From the NCBI GenBank assembly GCA_001643675.2, contig LSRY02000021.1:620001-684000 (forward strand): a DNA stretch of 64,000 bases, read 5' to 3'. Positions 51,701 to 60,632 of this stretch are shown here, piece after piece. The first letter of the stretch is position 1; the number at the start of each line of letters is the position of its first letter. The DNA is from Monocercomonoides exilis PA203. Lineage: Eukaryota; Protista; Preaxostyla. A model generated the notes under the pieces. The model saw only the letters and a list, made by a program, of their open reading frames with translations, was not told where the DNA came from and did no database searches. The position numbers and the translations under genes were made by a program.

Positions 51701-54700
51701 AGTGACAGGGAGCGGAGGATATGGAGGCGGACTGTACATTTACTTGCGCTCAAGTGAAGAACCTTTTGGAGGAGTCGAGTTTCCCAAGAAGAAGGAGAAC
51801 TTTGTGATTGAAGGCAACTGCCATGCTTATGAAGGGAAAGGAATATTTCTTGACGTGAGCGATCTTTCAGTCACAGTCATGAAAGAGAACTTTGCCTTTG
51901 CTGAGCTGATTGACAAGACACAGAGGGAGTCATTGCTGTGCGGAATGGATGGAAGCATATTCGCCGGCAAGCCAATTGATTTGTACTCATTCCTGTTGGA
52001 TGAATATTTCAGCGACGTAATCTTTATGAAAGGAGAGAATGTGGACTCACAACATGCACTCACATCTTCACTAGCTTCGTTTGCATTCTGCGGACATTTC
52101 AATGCTCCGTGCAAGTCATTCGGCGAAGGAACGAAACATTTTCCAAAGGACTCGCAAAGAAACACATTAGTCATTGAGAAGAAAGCATTTGCAGAATACA
52201 CCTATTTTTGGACAAAGTTTGATGAACTTTTCATAAGCGGTGAAATGGTTGCATTCCTCAGGAAATCAAATTTAACAGAAAACGAATGCAATGCAATTGA
52301 AGACGATAAGCAATATGGGATACTTGATTTCCCTTCATCACTCACAGCAAATAACGACTATCACGCTGTGATGTCTTTTGATTACCCCATCACTTTCACA
52401 CATTTGGTTGTCTCGTTTCCACCATCGTTCACCACGAACACTCCTTTCGAAAAAAATGCAAACAGGAAAGAAAGCCATCCGTTCAAAGACAACCAACAAG
52501 CAGGCTTTGTACCGAGAGGTTTGTTTTTTTGCAATGGCGCCGGAACACAAGGCAAAATCTTCTTTGAATTCTGCACATTCCAGCTATCGTCAGCACCAAC
52601 AAAGAGCTTGGATTATTACATCATATCTTCTTCTTCTGGAATGATTTCGTTGAAAGATGTTATATTTGATGGAGCGCAACAAGCAGCGAAATCTGTCTCT
52701 GACTCACCAAACATCAATTCCCATGCCAATGACGATGAGAATTCTTTGTTGTTTACTCAATCTCCAATTAAAATAAAAGGAAATGGAGTTTCCGAATTGG
52801 ATATCTTCAATTCGCTGTTTTCGAAAATATCAATAGCAAAGGGACCTCTTTTGTTTTTGGAGCGAATGAAAAAGGTTTCAATCAACGACTCTTCGCTAAT
52901 ATCAATCTGTCGGAATGGAGTTGGAGAGATGAAATCCAAAGAAATTGGAGGATGCATTATCGATATCGCTGAGCAAAAAGAAGAAATTTGGATATCAAGC
53001 AGAACGAAATTTTCTCAATGCACATCTCCTCTTTCAAAAAAAGGAGGTGTTATTTCAATTGTATCACCAAAGGATTACAAGAGTAGAGTTCTATGCATTT
53101 GCGAAGGAACATCGTTTGAGAAATGCGCATGCAACAAAGACGAAGGAAGAGGCGGTGCTGTCTCGGTTTATTTAACGGGAAAGCAAGTCATTTTACTTGA
53201 TGATATGTATTTTGCATGTACAAACGAAGCAAAAATCGGAAAAAACATATGGGTTGGATTTGATACTTTTGATGCGGAAATATTGGGCTATGGATTTAGG
53301 GGCCTGTTTAAGTCAGGCAGGTACGTAGGGGCAGAAAATGAATATACAATTAGTATTGACAAACCTGAAGCACTGGAAACGGATTTGATTCCTGTTTTGA
53401 ACCAAATGCTTTCAACAGTTAGATATGTTTCGATAGATGGAAGTGACGAACTTGATTTCTGCGGGATGAAAACGCTGCCTTGCAAAACATTTCAGAGAGC
53501 TCATAAATTACTAACAAAACAAAGAAGTACATTCATTAGACTGAGCTTATTGGGTGAAACAGTGATTCAAACGAATTATTCAATGAATCTTCAAAAAATC
53601 ACAGTTATTGAATCTGAAAATAAATATACGAAGCAAATAGCAGAGCTTCCAGCGTTTAAAAACACATGGTGTACAAATTTTTCTGTTTGGAACATTTTGA
53701 TCTGCAGAAATATCAATTTTATAATGGGAACAATGGAAAAAAACGAAAATAGAGAAAGAATAACTTCCAATGAACAAAAATCGCAAACATATGGAATGTC
53801 TAATCTGTTAACTGAGAATGCTTTTTATGCAAAAAGACAGAAAAATGCAGATGATCCTTGTTTGCAGTTTTCGAGTTGTTCTTTTACTGCAGGTGCGATT
53901 TTTTCTCAAGTAAATAAAGATCTAATTTATATTGATGGAGGACAGCTTATTATGAATGAAATTCAGTTTGAAGATAATTTTTCGATATTTGAAGCAACAA
54001 TGATAGAAGTGTTGGATGGGAAGGTTGATATAGAAGACCTGACATTTATGAACTTTAATTTTAAAGGCGAGGGATTTCTTGCTATTGGAACAACATGTGA
54101 ATGCAAGTTTTCTCATTGTCAATTTTCTTCTGTGTCATTGGGATACGGTTCATTAGTAACAATTATAACATTTTTTGATCCTTTTCGAAACACAGAGCAA
54201 GAGAAAACGATAGAATTTGACAATTGCAAATGGAAAAATATCTCTGGTAATTCTTGCCTGTATTTTTACAGTAATGACTCAAATATCGGAATTGAACTAT
54301 CAAAATGCTCCTTTACTGAATGTAAGAGCAATTATTCGAGTGGCGTTATTTCCATTTCTGCACATACAACCAAACTTATTTCTCTGAAGAAAATTGTGAT
54401 GTTTGACTGTCAATGCGTTGCCACAGGAAGTGTATATATTTCTCTTTTAAAGGAAAAATATTCAACAAATTCGCTAATTTCTAATTCATCATTTTCATTG
54501 ATGAAATCGGATGAATTATGCAATAATCCAGACGTAATCATGTTTGAGGGTTGCACATTCATAGGCAAAGCAAATGATTCATTCTGCAACGTATACTTGG
54601 AAGATTCTCGATACTATTTCATTGAGAATTCAGTATTTGACGCTTTCTGTTACAGTAACAATAAAGCGAAAAGAGTTTATCTGAAAGTGAATACAGTTTA

Positions 54701-57356
54701 TTCTCACAATGGCTGGAAAGATGAATGGATATTATATGATTCATTAGAACGATTTGTTGATGAAAAGAATGGGGCTGACTCAGAAGGGTGCGGGATTATG
54801 AAGACTAATCCATGCAAGACAATTGGATCAGCTGTTGACAAGAGTTCAAATCTTATTCAAAAGAAGATAATTTTGATGGGAACAGAGTTCATTCTCGAAA
54901 GCACACTCCATGTGAAGGAGAGTATTATTGAATTATTCTCTTCAGATACAAACAAAATGGAAACTAAGAACAAAGCAAGAATTTGGGGGAAGTCAAATGA
55001 AAATGACTTTGTTATGTTCGACATATCTAGCGGTGGGAAAATGTATTTTAAAGATCTGTGCTTAGTGAACGATGCTGATAAAATTACAGGAGCAGGAATA
55101 TCGAAAATTATTTCTCTGTCAAAAGAAGGCGAAGAAGTTTGGATTGAATCGTGCGATATTTTAGGAGAAAGTACAAAAGGAAAAGTGCTTTCGACAATTC
55201 TCTTACACATTTTGTGTGGAGCACTCAAAATGTATTATGTGAATGTACGTTTTGACGGAGGAGATACAACACGTCCTGCGATTGTTTGCGAAGAACGCGT
55301 AAATTACGTCAGATGGTCATACGGATCAACAACAGCTGTGAGTAAAAAAGGAGACATAGAACAAAGAGGCAGTGGCATTTTCGTTGATGGCAGAAAAGCG
55401 GAATCTTCCATGTTTATCTATTTGAGTGATGTCATATTTGACAGCTGCTTTACAAGTGAGAGCGATTGCGGAGGAGCGGTTACGCTTTTTATAACAGAAA
55501 GAGCACGTCTAGTATTTCTTGAATCATTGAAGTTCAATAATTGCGGTTCGATTGATAGGGCAAAAGGAAAAGGAGGAGCATTGTACGTTTCACTCGAAGA
55601 ATTTTCTTCAAGCGATTTTCCAGTTTTATTTTATTTAATTTCATTTGAAGGTTGCTCAGCAGCAATTGGGAAGAATTTGGCGATTCAGAACGAGAAAGGA
55701 ATGAACGGTATAAATTCAGACTTGATTAAGATGGATTTTGAAGAGTTGTACCACAAAGAGAATTTGTTTGTGGTGATTGATGGAGCTAGAAAGACACATG
55801 ATTTACTGACTGGTCCCGATGCGTTGCCTTATTCGTCAAGGAAAATATATTTGTCTAGCGATAAAGGAGTCGATCAGAATGAATGCGGAATGAAAGAGTG
55901 GGAGTGCAAAACTATTGAATATGGAATACATAAGCTATTCGAAAGTGGACTTAATGAATGCTTTTTGATATTGGAAGCAGACGCAGAACTCTCCGCAAAA
56001 TGCACATTTGTGAATAGAATGACGTTGCAGCCATATGATGCAGCTGAACGAAAAACTATCAAAGTCACTAAATTTAGTGATGAAACAGAAAACGAGGCAT
56101 TTGCAATTGAAACAACAGGCAGAATGCAACATTTGAATATAAAATATTTGCGTGAGATATTTTCTTCATTAACAACACTTATACGAATTACTGGTAAATC
56201 TTTCGCAATGGAGGATGTTTGTATTAGTCTCTTTGGAGAAGCAGAGCAACCTCTTTCTGTAACTCTACTTTTTGCATCGAATGCAAACATACAGCTGAAT
56301 AACTGTCAGTTCGTGGGAATGAAGCAAGAAACCAATGAGGATGCACGTATAGGACAATTTGTTGAGAATAAAAATAAACACTTCGCAGAGAATACAAAAC
56401 TGAAATCAAGAAACAACAGTCATAGAAATGAAGATGAATGCTCTTGGAGTGATAGCATGGTAGATCTGCACTCTTCAAATGCAGATTTAAATAATGTTAC
56501 TATTGAGAGATCATATAAATACGGAGGACTTTCAATTATTAATAATTGTTCTGTCACAATTAGTGAAGGAACATTCAGAGAAAACGGTGCTGATGCAGTA
56601 CCTTATCCTTCTTTTCCTTCAATCCGACGAAACATCATGTGCTCAAACAATTATATGCAGCTTTCAACGATAGAACTCGATAGCTTGAAACCTGATAGCG
56701 ACGGAATGAAGGAAGGAACGATGCTGTGGCTGAGCATGACGAATTCTTCGAATTGTTTGGCAATGGGCAATGCTGCACGTTCGCTGCCATCATTGTATTT
56801 CATGCCTTCTGTTGATTCCGTAGAAGCAAAAGAAGTTGAAAATCGACTGCATGTTGCAGTAAACGGAAAACTTCTTCTTCCCTGCGATACTTTTGTTTCT
56901 TATGTTGAGCATAACAAAAAGTCATCAGAAGAGCATTACGTGTACGATTTGACACAGGAATCAGAAGATAAGATTAATTTTTTCGTTGATCTTAACAACT
57001 TTTACGCACCATATATCACTGTAAGATTCTATTACTCTTCAAACAATGAGCATCATTTTATCGAAGCTTCTGTACCCTGGAACAATACTCGTAAAGCTTC
57101 ACCAGAGGAGCCAACAAAGACGTTCAACCTAACATTGGTAGTGGTCATTTCGGTGTGTGGGAGTGCAATTGGTGCTGTTATCATTGCGGCTTCAATTATC
57201 TATTACAAAAAGCATAAAAAGAGAAAATCGAATTATCAACCAATTAATGATACAAATGCCTCAATCGTTCAAACATACATTCCACAGAGTGAAGTTCCAA
57301 CGAGACAACAATATCAGGCTACTCCCTCCGAGACGCCAGAGTCTCTTTATTATTAG
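45771..57356 (+). CDS. Giant type I membrane surface protein with tandem parallel beta-helix (Pmp/POMP-like) modules
   Basis: Intronless, 3861 aa. Signal peptide MYWNVIFVLFCLNL. Many GG[AG][ILM] and F..[CN] motifs. Nine C(G)x4-6(P)C[KEH][TS]-type caps. TM segment LVVVISVCGSAIGAVIIAASIIYY, then KKHKKRK and a short tail. Confidence 0.85.
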   Translation: MYWNVIFVLFCLNLTEDITVAYISDNGNGLCASELQPCKSFEEAFSVMDTKCSHILTVKVVAEITLHNNILFNFLDPGMEIRSSSNSLSKIIFPEVIKHAELNNYPLENEYHLTITNIEIIQPPVLFKEDKAKKYGIILSWHSLSMTDCKLSFDNPNNANVETCRFYINGYFSLVRLTIDTTKAHTFSVDMFDGRASQLKMEISDCIFSDMTFMKGSFLCLDGEMLSITNCTFQNITGLGSYAPIIMNIESENDIEKSFILNNSTLENCKALNSKKGGAMKILLDKRSTLTAKGSQTLFKSCGCDATKTGKGGGIYIAGDLDVELMFEKEIRFEDNEAAVGKNMFLYCLQLEAVVQRDHFMFAADANGEFTWKENELIGLARSGEIEKNLNLFMFLCKIKRTSVYISQNGSDTFYCGETIYPCESVEFSVSQFEIKNTDTKTLYFPELSTISLKKAIKLEKELSSVAFSVAGASTQTNDEQMAKLKIESSVEALSDECHGCVNCYCTSSFSLVQFELPEKFTSPGILPSSVISWNFDEHSATLFLDKCIICATENVFKPLKYKFLCGDGGNVKIVDFQMIGKDELKIPMGWEESPFLINKVSGDLTISGLTMERIEVIDGACVSVTSSGESSELKVSIANSSFKSITSTCGKEGGALSIKLAEENAAFQLKGNDPTSFTSCAAEGCQSKGGGLFLEMTGENSLFQVPKSSSFVVFGKGNRATFGTGMYFVWDNLQTKKEDLTPLGEGLAAAENVIAVCDRGAMEKELDLFVYLKEINNTAKSDIVYAGKSNRAELCFIEEYPCHLISTAMKHFAADDRQKQIIVCGEVEIETDIVWGSTANKEIVISSLPFDEVHSRNVDHSHFVNAQSSRKSQKNNQFERSRMILAANTVVKAQGDAAIKNTQTLTIEHITFLINELKKDLHPSCLISSGGSTAELQSQSIKEMNTSGLYNKAECYLILTGVSVSPDIGTERVTTLDSLLEINSGNLLISGLQVSSLFSFVKSPFLLADILTSVKLSALKFGSVATSFFSSLSSSSVAVSNNNYNYLIVQDGSLIEINRNTINLNGDFSFIESANDPALIKIGKEGHAIISNSHIARCLNGAANEGKGGAFEVCSNGELVLRKTVIESCGMKNEGGCGGAICITGSAELELHSCVIKDCFTGKGGKGCGGGLFIDKDISEFISNETIISGCTTYGGCGGGIYVNVKTEGSLIQAQIKITFEGNGREEEDAPAKGKDAFISDTQATEMTAEANPFYLCGTSEVGRKVYYSNLAIEPAVEKEEEGWLSHDSRKRKVNTNEGTADANCGLSNEQPCKTIKTAIDLFPAQVGAGDDTEKTVELTEENDESEKETILVSKKKVAIEGKLREDRRIASIIITNLEVAGTLFAIDTDGTLNLKNAQITHNSKHEENCQSSLFQVNEGSQRANLILQNIQISTEADYSFNKHFTASLIKSYSGKVRISDISISSFCLEQPAINIVGATSSFFIGGNSTMKHLSQPIADSPAGILINTGDEPIDVAIEGISIVDANAPASKKGGGICVLLNDESSSFHLCHEEAISSEEKVSLSGCRASGETGKGGCIHLSMKQSVDVKFPKYKANILFDSEGDVKSNAAKGKYLFFEAKSLLNCVNSENFGFLVEDYEMYGDWPNLIGCDEAEFANEEIELFKLIFATSENVIKVDAKDGKDVKWCGRKHKCKSFSYGVSHLDFKSANPSLFLLGSSPFSVTEQLVVKGCERNFRICSDSSSDAKANLVFAAEFSLPVNEDDSKESCILFEAGAELENIIISVPEMFETYDLVQPQTILEMRGSSECLKLNKVTFAQRENKTESELQNSYILRKDGSTKTIHSTTDLGSEYRLVLINDGSAEFVEVKLEKPETKDFLLFHSSPFFFFVSSGGHCSLSSCKFSGIKVTTAKEAVVEMKSCEGAKKGATFTIGKCSFSDCVSSKGVEGGALSIKSSLDTSRIRFLDDGPTKFSKCEVTGSGGYGGGLYIYLRSSEEPFGGVEFPKKKENFVIEGNCHAYEGKGIFLDVSDLSVTVMKENFAFAELIDKTQRESLLCGMDGSIFAGKPIDLYSFLLDEYFSDVIFMKGENVDSQHALTSSLASFAFCGHFNAPCKSFGEGTKHFPKDSQRNTLVIEKKAFAEYTYFWTKFDELFISGEMVAFLRKSNLTENECNAIEDDKQYGILDFPSSLTANNDYHAVMSFDYPITFTHLVVSFPPSFTTNTPFEKNANRKESHPFKDNQQAGFVPRGLFFCNGAGTQGKIFFEFCTFQLSSAPTKSLDYYIISSSSGMISLKDVIFDGAQQAAKSVSDSPNINSHANDDENSLLFTQSPIKIKGNGVSELDIFNSLFSKISIAKGPLLFLERMKKVSINDSSLISICRNGVGEMKSKEIGGCIIDIAEQKEEIWISSRTKFSQCTSPLSKKGGVISIVSPKDYKSRVLCICEGTSFEKCACNKDEGRGGAVSVYLTGKQVILLDDMYFACTNEAKIGKNIWVGFDTFDAEILGYGFRGLFKSGRYVGAENEYTISIDKPEALETDLIPVLNQMLSTVRYVSIDGSDELDFCGMKTLPCKTFQRAHKLLTKQRSTFIRLSLLGETVIQTNYSMNLQKITVIESENKYTKQIAELPAFKNTWCTNFSVWNILICRNINFIMGTMEKNENRERITSNEQKSQTYGMSNLLTENAFYAKRQKNADDPCLQFSSCSFTAGAIFSQVNKDLIYIDGGQLIMNEIQFEDNFSIFEATMIEVLDGKVDIEDLTFMNFNFKGEGFLAIGTTCECKFSHCQFSSVSLGYGSLVTIITFFDPFRNTEQEKTIEFDNCKWKNISGNSCLYFYSNDSNIGIELSKCSFTECKSNYSSGVISISAHTTKLISLKKIVMFDCQCVATGSVYISLLKEKYSTNSLISNSSFSLMKSDELCNNPDVIMFEGCTFIGKANDSFCNVYLEDSRYYFIENSVFDAFCYSNNKAKRVYLKVNTVYSHNGWKDEWILYDSLERFVDEKNGADSEGCGIMKTNPCKTIGSAVDKSSNLIQKKIILMGTEFILESTLHVKESIIELFSSDTNKMETKNKARIWGKSNENDFVMFDISSGGKMYFKDLCLVNDADKITGAGISKIISLSKEGEEVWIESCDILGESTKGKVLSTILLHILCGALKMYYVNVRFDGGDTTRPAIVCEERVNYVRWSYGSTTAVSKKGDIEQRGSGIFVDGRKAESSMFIYLSDVIFDSCFTSESDCGGAVTLFITERARLVFLESLKFNNCGSIDRAKGKGGALYVSLEEFSSSDFPVLFYLISFEGCSAAIGKNLAIQNEKGMNGINSDLIKMDFEELYHKENLFVVIDGARKTHDLLTGPDALPYSSRKIYLSSDKGVDQNECGMKEWECKTIEYGIHKLFESGLNECFLILEADAELSAKCTFVNRMTLQPYDAAERKTIKVTKFSDETENEAFAIETTGRMQHLNIKYLREIFSSLTTLIRITGKSFAMEDVCISLFGEAEQPLSVTLLFASNANIQLNNCQFVGMKQETNEDARIGQFVENKNKHFAENTKLKSRNNSHRNEDECSWSDSMVDLHSSNADLNNVTIERSYKYGGLSIINNCSVTISEGTFRENGADAVPYPSFPSIRRNIMCSNNYMQLSTIELDSLKPDSDGMKEGTMLWLSMTNSSNCLAMGNAARSLPSLYFMPSVDSVEAKEVENRLHVAVNGKLLLPCDTFVSYVEHNKKSSEEHYVYDLTQESEDKINFFVDLNNFYAPYITVRFYYSSNNEHHFIEASVPWNNTRKASPEEPTKTFNLTLVVVISVCGSAIGAVIIAASIIYYKKHKKRKSNYQPINDTNASIVQTYIPQSEVPTRQQYQATPSETPESLYY

Positions 57357-58498
57357 AGTTGTTTTTGAGTTTTTGAGATTTTCCATTTAATATATATCCA
57401 TTCTGTCTAATGCCTTATTTTTTAAAGAGCTTATTATTTATTTTTCAAAATTTTATTCTATTTTGTGATTTCTGTAGAGTGGTTTTATTTTATTTGTTTT
57501 ATTTTTTATTTTCATTTTTTTTTTTTTAGCTTTAAATTTTAATGGTTATTTTTCATCCAATTACTTGTCTTATTTCTATTAACGGAATTTAACATTTATT
57601 AAAATTGTTTATGAGTACTCCTTTTAAACTCTTTTTTCTTATTAGTCGGCATTTTAAAGAACGATATCAAATTTACTTATTTCTCAAGTTTATGCTCTTT
57701 TAGTTAATAGCTTAACATTTTATTTTGTATGACTTTTGTGAACGAGTGTTTTCAATATTTTATTATTCCAAAAGTGAAAGTTTTTTCGTTAAAATCAAAA
57801 AGAAAAGAAAAGAGAAAAGAAATAGTTTACTAATATTCTCTATAAATTCGATATTGAAGTTTGAAATTTGAGCCACCATTTGGTTTTTCAAAACAAGAAT
57901 GTTTCGTTAAATTTTAAAACAAATGCAACAGTTTTATTTCATTCTAACTGTTTAATCCACATTTTCTTATTATCAAAATAATTTCCAGAGATAAATTTTT
58001 TCTCGAAATTTTCTTGTTTTTTACTTGTTTTGAAGAAAAAATTTCTGAATAACAAAAAAAGTCTTTTGAAATGGTCTTGCTGATTGCTGAAACGAATGTA
58101 AATGAAGCTTATTGTTTTTTTATTATGTTTTTTTTAAAAAAAAAAAACATTGTTCGTTTTCACTAACATATTCAATAAAGATCAGGTTCTTCTTTACAGC
58201 TCCTTCAAAGATTTGATAATATATGCATTTTTCATACAGATTGTAATTTCATATAAGTTGACAAATACTTGCATCTTTATACGCTTTTGAAAAGATGAAG
58301 TGTTAAAAATGAAATGCAGATTTTTCAAACAAAGACAACACTCGAAAAACAGCTCTGGAGAAAAGATAGTCAGTAAACAGTAAAGTTATTTTTTAAAAGC
58401 AAAAATTACAAATTGTTTTTCTCTGAAAAAAATGTTGTTAAAACAATGAAATAGAATTCAGAAATTTTAAGAAAAAGCATCAAAAGAGCAATCATTAA

Positions 58499-60455
58499 TT
58501 AATTTCGTAATAATGCTCCTGCAGATCCTTTTTTGTCATTGATAACATTATAAGAATCTGAATGCGTTCTCTTAAAATCACTGCGACGAATGCACAACAC
58601 AGATATCAAACAAGCCAAAAATCCCAGAAAGACCATTCCACCAGCGACAATTGTGCCGATGAGTTGGAACATGTTTCCTTCTTCAGTCTTCTTAAGGTCA
58701 GTCCATCCTGATTGGACCCATTTGAACGGCTTATTCAGCAAGGCATCCGGAATGCCATTTCTCTTAAGGGCAAAAGTTTTGTCAACATCTTGAACCGAAA
58801 CCGCAGGAATCTGATGAGATGTTGTGGGTCCATTCACTGCAAGAAATGTCTGTCCATGTTTCATGAGGTACGATGATATTATCTGAGAATTGTTAACAAT
58901 ATTAATAATGATTGTTCATTTAAAGAAAATACATATTGAAATATATCATAATTATTGATTAAAAAACACAATAAATTAATAAATAAATAAATAAATAAAC
59001 GCTTCAAACCTTTCCATCAACAGCACCAACACCTGCACGCTTCATTCCATTGACTCCGTCTTCTCGGAGATCAAATCTCGCTGCAAGCGAAGCAGCTGGG
59101 TCTCTTACTCCATCTGAGCGTTTGCTTTCCGAATCCGCAATATAATTGTTGTAGCGAGTAATGAACTTTGTTGTGTCGATATCATGAATCTTTCCATTCA
59201 ATTTTTCATACAACTTTCCTCTGTTGCTTTTTCCTTGGGCGAAATAAAAGCCAGCTTCTGGATCTTGATCTAAGAGATTCTTGTAACCCAAATCATTAAA
59301 CGCGGCTTCAAACTTGGGTACATTGTACAGTGCATAATACTCGTCCTTTCCAAGCGATCTCGACACGTCACTGAACTCGACCTTGTCCATCCAATGCTCA
59401 ATCACGCAGACAGTTTCGAGCTCCAACTCCTTTGAATGTGCTTTGAACTTGTTAAAGTCAACATATAAATACTGGTTGTTGTTGGAGCCAGTCATGTGAG
59501 CAGAAACTTTATCTTTCCATGTGCCTGCATCAACAGCTGATGTGTGTGCAATCATCACACGCATCCATGTTGGGATACCTTCTGCTTTAATTGCATCAAG
59601 TGCTGCTCTGTTCATAATTTCCAATGAACTTGATAGAATTGAGACACCTCTTTCAAGCGCATAGAATCCATCAACGGAATGAATTGTTCCTGGATGCCCT
59701 GTGAAAGATAAAGCGACCTTGTTATTATTCGGGATAATGTAATTGTATTTCTTTATAATTCTAAGAAGAGTATTGTATGAATTCCATGAGATATGAGTCA
59801 AAAATATTTCATCATGAATTTGCGTCAACTTCATAATTGCAGATGCGTGATTTCGAATGTTATGATAATCTGTAATCTCTGCAGCAGTTTTTCCCTCATC
59901 TTTCGAGTACTTTTGAATAATGTCTCGAATATCATCTGAACAAGTCAATGCCCACAATTGTTCTTCGGTAAGTTTTTCATTATCTGCACTTTTCTGGTTA
60001 TATCCCTCGAGCATTCCTTGAAATTGTTGCCAGATTAATTCTGCATGAGAAACAAATGAATCACTTTGATCTCCTTTCACAAAATTTTTGACAAAATTCA
60101 AATTATCATTGATCCATTTCTTAACTTCATCCGATAATGCTCCGTTGGGGGATAGTTTATTCAAATTATCCAACATGTTTTGATAGTGGTTCCAGATTCT
60201 AACATGAGTTAAGGCACCCTCTGCTGCACCCATGCAATACGGAATGTTTTTATCGTATTTATCAGAATGATAATCAATTTCCAACTTATCCCATCCAATT
60301 GTTTTCAAAGAATCGCTGTAACGTCCGGTTACAAGAGCATCATTTATAACTTCATCTGAAATCACACATTTATCGGCTTCCATCTTCACATAAACATATT
60401 TATCTGCCATAAGCGATTTTATAAAAATTACAGAAATGAAAATTTGTGGAAACAT
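58499..60455 (-). CDS. Phospholipase B-like (PLBD/LAMA, Ntn-hydrolase fold) protein with C-terminal TM; probably catalytically dead; intron 58883-59009
   Basis: Signal peptide; GWDKLEI, G..EG.LT..RI..H..N, Q.QGM.EGY, SAIMK, H..W..Y..LLRI.K.Y, PG...S.D.FY, NNQ, YN.P, RYNNY, ARFDL, GAVDGK, AVNGPT. TM segment LIGTIVAGGMVFLGFLACLISVLCI. Confidence 0.88.
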
Positions 60456-60632
60456 TGCTCACTTCTTTTACAATGATTATGTTTAACAAAGTTATGATCT
60501 GAAGATATAATTCTTCTTCAATAATTATCTTCGTTGGGGCTGTGACGTAGCTTAGCATCTAAATTATAATATAGTGTGCTTTTTTAAAAAGAATTAAATC
60601 AATAGAAAATGCACCAAAATTAAAAATGCGAA

